From Pyrodictium occultum (GTDB lineage: Archaea > Thermoproteota > Thermoprotei_A > Sulfolobales > Pyrodictiaceae), in the NCBI RefSeq assembly GCF_001462395.1, contig NZ_LNTB01000001.1, forward strand, positions 720,001 through 752,000: a stretch of DNA of 32,000 nt, given 5' to 3'. Numbering within the stretch: position 1 is the first letter of the stretch; each line of letters opens with the position of its first letter. The notes beneath the pieces were generated by a model. The model searched no databases. It was not told the DNA's origin and saw only the letters and a program-made list of their open reading frames with translations. A program made the translations under genes and the position numbers. Below, piece by piece: positions 26,834 through 32,000 of this stretch.

Positions 26834-27382
26834 GTGAAGCGAATGTCCAGCATACATGGGAGGCTAGGACCCGGGAAGGACGCCCCTGAGGTAGTAAACG
26901 TCTTCATAGAGATTCCCATGGGCAGCAACGTAAAGTACGAGTATGACGAGGAGGCAGGCGTCATAAAGGTTGATAGATTCCTCTACACCTCAATGGTGTA
27001 TCCCTTCAATTATGGGTTCGTGCCAGGCACTCTTGAGGAGGACGGCGACCCCGTCGATGTACTCGTTATAACTGCTCAGCCGGTTCTCCCCGGCACAGTT
27101 ATAGAGGCTCGGCCTATAGGAGTACTTGTTATGGAGGATGAGGAGGGCCCCGACAGCAAGATAGTAGCTGTGCCTAAGGACAAGCTCGACCCGAGCTTTA
27201 AGAATGTAAAGAGCATAGATGATCTGCCAGAGGTCTTGAGGGATAGGATAAAGCACTTCTTCGAGCACTACAAGGAGCTTGAGCCGGGCAAGTGGGTAAA
27301 GGTGCGCGAGTGGCTAGGCCCCGAGGAGGCCAAGCGCAGGATAAAGGATGCTATCGAGCGCTACCGCTCCAAGAAGGGCTGA
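26834..27382 (+). CDS. ppa: inorganic pyrophosphatase (family I)
   Basis: 182 aa. Motifs [39 protein letters not shown] and [15 protein letters not shown]. Start is GTG 26834 or ATG 26843. AT-rich TATA region at 26786-26803. Confidence 0.9.
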   Translation: MKRMSSIHGRLGPGKDAPEVVNVFIEIPMGSNVKYEYDEEAGVIKVDRFLYTSMVYPFNYGFVPGTLEEDGDPVDVLVITAQPVLPGTVIEARPIGVLVMEDEEGPDSKIVAVPKDKLDPSFKNVKSIDDLPEVLRDRIKHFFEHYKELEPGKWVKVREWLGPEEAKRRIKDAIERYRSKKG

Positions 27383-27503
27383 GCCCAGGTCGAAGAATAG
27401 CCCTCTAAGAAGACCCCGTGCTGCTGTGGGGCCAGTGTTTTTGGCCACCCCTCTCGGGTCTAATAGGCTCCGGGGCCGCAGTCTCGGCAAGGCACGGGGT
27501 AGC

Positions 27504-28454
27504 ATGGGCGGGAACAGTCCTGATGCGCAGGTGTCATTCTTGCATATAACGCCCTACTGTACGGCATGCATATCAATGAGGAGAGCTGCTGAGCTAGAAG
27601 CCCTCCCCATAGATAACTCCGAGAAGCTCGCCATATACCGGCAGCTGCTTGACGCGGTAAACCTCTATATTACACCTGACACCGAGGTAGTGGAGCTTGC
27701 TACCGTATCGTTTAGGAGGCTCAAAGCACTAGTGAAGCAGAGTACACCCTACGAGCAGCTTATAGAGCAGAACCTCAGTAAAGCCGTGGCTAGAGCAAAG
27801 AGTATAGAAGACTTGATTGCGGGCAAGCCTATAGATGAGAGGCTATCCCTCGCCCTCCGGGCGGCAAGCCTTGCAACCGGCTACAGGGCTTTCAACACCC
27901 CAGATAAGATTCTAGAGGAGCCCCCCTCTACAGTGGACTTGACAGCTCTTGGCACCTCCCTGCAAGTAGGGCGCGATGATACAAGGCGAGTGGTAAGGCT
28001 ACTCCACGACCTACAGCGGAACGGTGGGACCATCTACTACCTCTTCGGCTCGGTCTTCGAGCTGCCCTATGATGCGATACTGTTGAGGATTCTCGTGAAC
28101 GATTTGGGGCTTAGCGTTGCCGGCATTACACGTAGCGATAGGTACGAGGACTACGTGGTTACCGAGGACCTTGAGTCTATAGGGATAGCAGATACACTAT
28201 CGGAGGTAATAGACCTGGGGAGCGATGATGTCACGGTGACAATTGATAGTAATGAGCATTTATACGAGCAGTTGAATAACGCCTCGCTGGTTGTCGTCAA
28301 GGGAGAGCTTCAGGCAACATACTTCCATAACAACCCGGTTGAGGCGCCCATGCTCTTTCTCTTTGCCGTTCCATGCCCGGTTATTGCTAGAGCCTTCAAC
28401 CTGCCTCCAAGGAGCTTCAACATAGTGCTTCAGGAGAAGCCTCGGCAGGGCTAA
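27504..28454 (+). CDS. DUF89 (ARMT1-like damage-control phosphatase) family homolog with divergent metal-binding motif
   Basis: Track ORF 27348..28454 overlaps ppa. Likely start is ATG 27504 (or GTG 27531). N-terminal ITPYCTACI (CxxC as in DUF89). C-terminal ASLVVVKGELQATYF..PMLFLFAVPCPVIARAFNLPPRSFNIVL resembles DUF89 KGQGN..FLLKAKCPVVA... The DN.GE..D motif reads FGSVFELPYD. Confidence 0.65.
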   Translation: MGGNSPDAQVSFLHITPYCTACISMRRAAELEALPIDNSEKLAIYRQLLDAVNLYITPDTEVVELATVSFRRLKALVKQSTPYEQLIEQNLSKAVARAKSIEDLIAGKPIDERLSLALRAASLATGYRAFNTPDKILEEPPSTVDLTALGTSLQVGRDDTRRVVRLLHDLQRNGGTIYYLFGSVFELPYDAILLRILVNDLGLSVAGITRSDRYEDYVVTEDLESIGIADTLSEVIDLGSDDVTVTIDSNEHLYEQLNNASLVVVKGELQATYFHNNPVEAPMLFLFAVPCPVIARAFNLPPRSFNIVLQEKPRQG

Positions 28455-28594
28455 GGCCCGGCAGGAGAGGATAGTCCTTGCACAGTGTCAGTAAGGATAG
28501 GACCTCGTCATCCCTCCGTGGCGAGGCTGGGCCGGACGGAGGCTCAGCCGGGGTTCTTTCACTCACCCACTGCTAGCCCCTAAGCATCTCCAGG

Positions 28595-28602
28595 TATATA
28601 GT
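28595..28602 (+). promoter_or_regulatory. TATA box upstream of the radical SAM gene
   Basis: TATATAGT abuts the track's ATG 28603, which is too close for that start. It lies ~35 nt upstream of ATG 28636, so it favours 28636. Confidence 0.45.
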
Positions 28603-28635
28603 ATGCCCCTCTCCGGCAAGTGTCCAGGTGCCCGG

Positions 28636-29424
28636 ATGGCCTCAGCCTCCAAGGGCGAGGGCTCCAGGGCCGCCCGGCCCAGGTTGAGGGGCTTTGACCC
28701 CGTAAAGCTGGCTGATGAGATAGAGAAGAGGGTGGTGAAGGGCGAGCTCCGGAAGTACTACCGGTTTAGGGGGAGCCGTTTCTATGGTGGAAGCGCTGTA
28801 GGAGATGTAGTCGGGTGCAACCTCCGCTGCGCCTTCTGCTGGACTGGGAGGCCCCGGGATGATCTAAGGCTAGGCTTCTTCGTGTCACCCGAGGAGTCGT
28901 ATCGGAGGCTCACGGAGATAGCCTCCTCGAGGAGGTATAGATACGTAAGGCTGTCCGGCGGCGAGCCTACTATAGGGTTCCAGCACCTCCGAAAGCTCCT
29001 AGAGCTTATTGAGCAGGATGGGCGCTTCACCTTCATACTCGAGACCAACGGGGTGCTCCTCGGCGCCCGCCCAGGCTATGTGAAGGCTCTGGCCGGGCTC
29101 CGCCGGCTGCATGTAAGGGTCTCGATCAAGGCGTGCAGCCCCGACCTCTTCGCCCTCATAACGGGGGCCCGGCCCGAGTTCTTCGAGTACCCCATCCGTG
29201 CTATACGGTACCTCGCAGACTATGGAGTATCCTTTCATGTAGCGCTATTCGCTGCCTTCGGGAGCGAGGAGTGCTGGGCGAGGCTGCTGGAGAGGCTCGC
29301 CGAGGAGGCGGGGCCGGAGGCCCTGGAGGGTGTTGAGGTGGAGCCCCTCGTGCTCTACCAGCCCGCCAGGCGCCGCCTACGCCTTTTGGGGCTGAAGCCC
29401 AGGTTCTCCTACGAGCCGGGGTAG
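28636..29424 (+). CDS. radical SAM enzyme, NrdG/QueE-like motif set
   Basis: Within track ORF 28603..29424. Motifs VVGCNLRCAFCWTG (CxxxCxxC), VRLSGGEPTIG (SAM-binding GGE) and FILETNGVLLG, as in the activase/7-carboxy-7-deazaguanine-synthase clan. It lacks the QGEG N-terminal motif of canonical QueE as I recall it. Confidence 0.78.
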   Translation: MASASKGEGSRAARPRLRGFDPVKLADEIEKRVVKGELRKYYRFRGSRFYGGSAVGDVVGCNLRCAFCWTGRPRDDLRLGFFVSPEESYRRLTEIASSRRYRYVRLSGGEPTIGFQHLRKLLELIEQDGRFTFILETNGVLLGARPGYVKALAGLRRLHVRVSIKACSPDLFALITGARPEFFEYPIRAIRYLADYGVSFHVALFAAFGSEECWARLLERLAEEAGPEALEGVEVEPLVLYQPARRRLRLLGLKPRFSYEPG

Positions 29425-29428
29425 GCTT

Positions 29429-29824
29429 TTGGCTGTGAGGCTGGCCAGGGTCAACATCTTCGGGGGCTTCGCCTCTCTCGATGAGGGCGGGTCTGCTGCT
29501 CTCGACGCCTACGACTCGCCGGTGGAGACTCTGGCTAGACTCTCCTGCAAGTACATAGGCCTCCTAGCCTGCGGCCCTAAGCCAGCGGCTCTGCGGGCTC
29601 TGAGGCTCCTGGCGGGAGACCTCTACGCCGCCTACACGGGTATGGGCCTCCAGGGCCTGGTTGTGGAGGAGCGCCGGTACCGGGATCTCGGCACAGTGCT
29701 GCTGGTCATCCCTCCAGGCTGTGAGAGGCCGGAGATAGAGCTGAGGGCCGGCGGTGAGGGGGTTTTCGATGTCCGTGTATCCTGCGGCGGCGCCGGGTAT
29801 GAATGTGGACTAGTGTGTCAGTGA
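29429..29824 (+). CDS. hypothetical protein, probably co-transcribed with the radical SAM gene
   Basis: 131 aa. The TTG start (or GTG 29435) lies 4 nt after the radical SAM stop. Contains 7 Cys and no His. No family recognised. Confidence 0.45.
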   Translation: MAVRLARVNIFGGFASLDEGGSAALDAYDSPVETLARLSCKYIGLLACGPKPAALRALRLLAGDLYAAYTGMGLQGLVVEERRYRDLGTVLLVIPPGCERPEIELRAGGEGVFDVRVSCGGAGYECGLVCQ

Positions 29825-30127
29825 GGTGGGCGCTTTCATCGCCGCCATGGTTGCGCGGGCTCATAGAGTGCGTAACCTCATCACCCTGAGGCTTCCCTAA
29901 ACGTTGCACCCCTGGAGGCGGGTCCGTGCTGCGCGGCTCTTCACCGCCTTTTCTGCCGGCATGGCATCTGCCCTTTCGAGCTTCTTCATCCCCCTAAACC
30001 CAGGGCTCGGAGGGAGGGCTTATAGCCATAAAGTTTAACTCGCGTTTATTATACCCATGGTCTTTCCTCCGGATAACGGCTTTAGTCCATGAGGCCTCTG
30101 GTATTGCAGTAATACTGGCGTATCACC

Positions 30128-31273
30128 ATGGGCGGTTTCAAGCTGATCCTCGGGACGCCGATCAACGCCGTGCCGCAGCCATGGTTTATCCTCAACGTCC
30201 CGGGGGTGATGGTCAACGCTTATGACATAATGAGAGTTGGTCTCAGCCGTGTGCGCGGGAGGGGCCTACGCAAGCTTCTAGGCATAGACGATGATACCGA
30301 GCTCTGGATAGACAGTGGCGGCTACCAGTTCCTCAAGAGAAGCATGGATCCAGGCACCTACAAGATAGCTAAGATCTACCGAGAGGTCGACGCCGACTAT
30401 TACATTAGCCTCGACTACCCCCCGGGCCCCATGGACGACCCGAGCATGCGCGCCAGGAAAATAGCCAAGACGATATCCAGCTTCATGTCGCTCAAGGGTA
30501 TGCTTAGAAGCCTGGTCGAAGAAGGAAGGCTTATCCCGGTATTCCACATATCTGTAGGCGAGTCGCTAAGGCTCCAGCTGCGCTGCTACGAGCCCCATAG
30601 CCCGGTAGCCGCGGCCGGCGGGCTCATCCCGTACTTCATGCAGCGGTCCGGTAGATACTCAAGGCTCAAGGCCGTGCTCTTCCTAATCCTCCTACGCAAG
30701 CTGTGGAGGGGGAGGCTCCACGCCCTCGGCCTAGCCTCGGCTGCCGTGATACCCCTCCTTCGGGTGGTTGGAGTCGACAGCGGGGATACTCAGACGTGGA
30801 GGCATAAGGCGGCCTTCGGAAAGATAATCGTGCCGGGCCTTGGCGAGCGCCATATAAGCGGCCAGAGGGTCCGCTTCGGCCCAGCAGTGCTCCGGGACGA
30901 GAACGAGGTAGCGGTGTACAGAAGCTTCGTCGACAAGGCATCCAAGCTGCTCAACGTGAGCCATGAGAGCCTGGTCTCAAGCTTCGAGGCCCGCGCCTTG
31001 TTCAACGCCTGGGTGCTCCTACAGGTAGCCAGCAACGGCGGCACCTACAACGGGGCCAGCAAGCCATTTGTAAAGCTCTACGAGTCGGCCAGGGCTCTAT
31101 TCAGGCTTCCGCCGGAGGAGCTTGAGGCGAAGCTCGCAACCCTGCTCAGCTATCAGCCTGGCACAGTCGAGATGGAAGCTGGCGAGGAGGTGAGAGAGAT
31201 AGCCACGGTAGAGCGGCTACCCAGCTCCACCCCCGGCAGCGCGGATATGGCAACCTCCATCGAGAGGGTCTAG
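30128..31273 (+). CDS. tRNA-guanine transglycosylase (TGT) superfamily protein lacking zinc site and PUA domain (DpdA/TgtA-like)
   Basis: 381 aa. Motifs ELWIDSGGYQFL (TGT DSGGFQ), YYISLDYPP, HALGLASAAVIPLLRVVGVDSGDTQTWRHKAAFGKI (vs TGT ..GVG.P......GVDMFDCV.PTR.AR.G). There is only one Cys in the whole protein, so no CxCxxC..H zinc site. Acidic, low-complexity C-terminal tail. Confidence 0.7.
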   Translation: MGGFKLILGTPINAVPQPWFILNVPGVMVNAYDIMRVGLSRVRGRGLRKLLGIDDDTELWIDSGGYQFLKRSMDPGTYKIAKIYREVDADYYISLDYPPGPMDDPSMRARKIAKTISSFMSLKGMLRSLVEEGRLIPVFHISVGESLRLQLRCYEPHSPVAAAGGLIPYFMQRSGRYSRLKAVLFLILLRKLWRGRLHALGLASAAVIPLLRVVGVDSGDTQTWRHKAAFGKIIVPGLGERHISGQRVRFGPAVLRDENEVAVYRSFVDKASKLLNVSHESLVSSFEARALFNAWVLLQVASNGGTYNGASKPFVKLYESARALFRLPPEELEAKLATLLSYQPGTVEMEAGEEVREIATVERLPSSTPGSADMATSIERV

Positions 31274-31280
31274 CCAGCGC

Positions 31281-31763
31281 CTATGCTATGATTAGCCGGT
31301 TTCCCCCGCGTCTTTTGGCCTCGCGGAGCAGGGACGCCGCATAGCGGCGGAAAGGAGTGGCTGTGTAGGCCTCCCTCCTGCTCCTAGCCGGCTTGCCGAG
31401 GACATAACCCTTTACAGCGACTATTGTGACGCCCACGCCTATACTGTTCAACTCCCTCTGGATGCGCTCGAGATCTCTTCTCAGCTCTACCGGCTCCACC
31501 AGCGGTATCTCTATAACCGCCTCCTCGGTGCCCCTAGTCTCGTCTAGACCATACACTATCACGCCATGCCACTTCCTCAAAAACGACTCCACAAGGCTCG
31601 TAAGTAGCCCTGTAGCAGGGTTAGGCTGGTACTCGCTCCAACCTCTCTCCTCTACAACCTCGCCGAACCGGTCCAAGTCTATCATAACTATGGAGCCCTC
31701 GACGGCAATGTGCCCGCTTGACTCTGCCCTCCTCCTCATAGGGGCCCTGCCCTCCGGTGGCAC
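31281..31763 (-). CDS. stand-alone minimal GGDEF/palm-domain (nucleotidyl cyclase-like) protein
   Basis: 160 aa (GTG 31763; ATG 31739 is the alternative start). Collinear with GGDEF domains: IVMIDLDRFGEVVEERG (DxDxF), IVYGLDETRGTEEAVIEIP (GLDET at the GGDEF position), VTIVAVKG, and AASLLREAKRRGGNRLII (A..AL..AK..GRNR). Confidence 0.62.
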   Translation of the reverse strand: MPPEGRAPMRRRAESSGHIAVEGSIVMIDLDRFGEVVEERGWSEYQPNPATGLLTSLVESFLRKWHGVIVYGLDETRGTEEAVIEIPLVEPVELRRDLERIQRELNSIGVGVTIVAVKGYVLGKPARSRREAYTATPFRRYAASLLREAKRRGGNRLIIA

Positions 31764-31804
31764 AACCTAAGCACCATAAACGCATAGCGTTAAATCCCAC
31801 CAGC

Positions 31805-31815
31805 ATTATAATAAA
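31805..31815 (+). promoter_or_regulatory. TATA box upstream of gdhA (near-palindromic, may serve both divergent genes)
   Basis: ATTATAATAAA is centred ~25 nt upstream of ATG 31835, consistent with a leaderless transcript. Confidence 0.5.
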
Positions 31816-31834
31816 CACGTGGAGGTATGCCTCT

Positions 31835-32000
31835 ATGTCCTCCTCAGAATCTAGGCGGTCCTCTGCCAACTCGAAGCGCCTCCTCCAGGAGGCGGAGAAG
31901 ATTCTTCACCACGCTATAGAGCTGCTAGGCTACGATGAGAGCATCTACGATATGCTCCGCCTGCCCGAGCGCGTTATAGAGGTCAAGATCCCGGTGCGCA
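31835..32000 (+). CDS. gdhA: glutamate dehydrogenase, N-terminal fragment (runs off the window)
   Basis: My translation is MSSSESRRSSANSKRLLQEAEKILHHAIELLGYDESIYDMLRLPERVIEVKIPVR. The ..LG.....Y..L..PER...V.IPV. pattern is the conserved GDH N-terminus. Confidence 0.8.
   Translation, partial: MSSSESRRSSANSKRLLQEAEKILHHAIELLGYDESIYDMLRLPERVIEVKIPVR

Noticed and set aside
29429-29824. The 131-aa ORF as QueD (6-carboxytetrahydropterin synthase), which would complete a preQ0 pathway.
   Set aside because: QueD needs a His triad and a Cys...HGH motif. This ORF has no histidine at all.
29897-29989. 30-aa basic ORF on the minus strand (MKKLERADAMPAEKAVKSRAARTRLQGCNV), with a TATA-like CTATAAG ~29 nt upstream.
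   Set aside because: It is too short to support without conservation or expression data, and the TATA may belong to the divergent TGT-like gene's promoter region.
1-32000. CRISPR arrays, tRNA genes, IS elements, integrases and toxin-antitoxin pairs.
   Set aside because: Reading the intergenic regions on both strands showed no regularly spaced direct repeats, no T-loop/acceptor pattern, no transposase or recombinase motifs, and no small paired ORFs. A proper tRNAscan or CRISPR finder run is still advisable.

Overview
GC-rich, gene-dense crenarchaeal chromosome segment (typical 60-nt lines hand-count to about 60% GC). The lineage call rests on a Cren7 chromatin protein, archaeal DnaG, archaeal-type PheRS alpha/beta, TyrRS and ValRS, and a Sulfolobus-like 5S rRNA; it looks Desulfurococcales/Aeropyrum-like, but that assignment is from memory. 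Most of the window is housekeeping: radical SAM plus nucleotidyltransferase pair, site-2 protease, dnaG, tyrS, pheT/pheS, MBL-fold hydrolase, methionine aminopeptidase, HD hydrolase, valS, cren7, mevalonate kinase, Nudix, L35Ae, class-III aminotransferase, SPOUT methyltransferase, folE, ppa and gdhA. No CRISPR array, transposase or integrase was seen. Many long ORFs in the track are antisense shadows typical of high-GC DNA. Four things the ORF track does not explain: (1) an orphan 5S rRNA gene at 9629-9756 (-); (2) a ~360-nt GC-rich structured RNA candidate at 12339-12698 (-) with strand-specific G.U pairs and a correctly spaced TATA, whose class I could not resolve; (3) two low-GC, ORF-free islands (13430-14112 and 20596-21379), each lying between convergent genes; (4) a right-hand cluster (26.0-31.8 kb) of folE, ppa, a DUF89-like protein with eroded metal motif, a NrdG/QueE-like radical SAM enzyme plus a small ORF, a zinc-site-less TGT/DpdA-like transglycosylase, and a stand-alone mini GGDEF/palm-domain protein. 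That cluster is the best candidate here for an undescribed base-exchange or nucleotide-signalling module, but the linkage is inference only.
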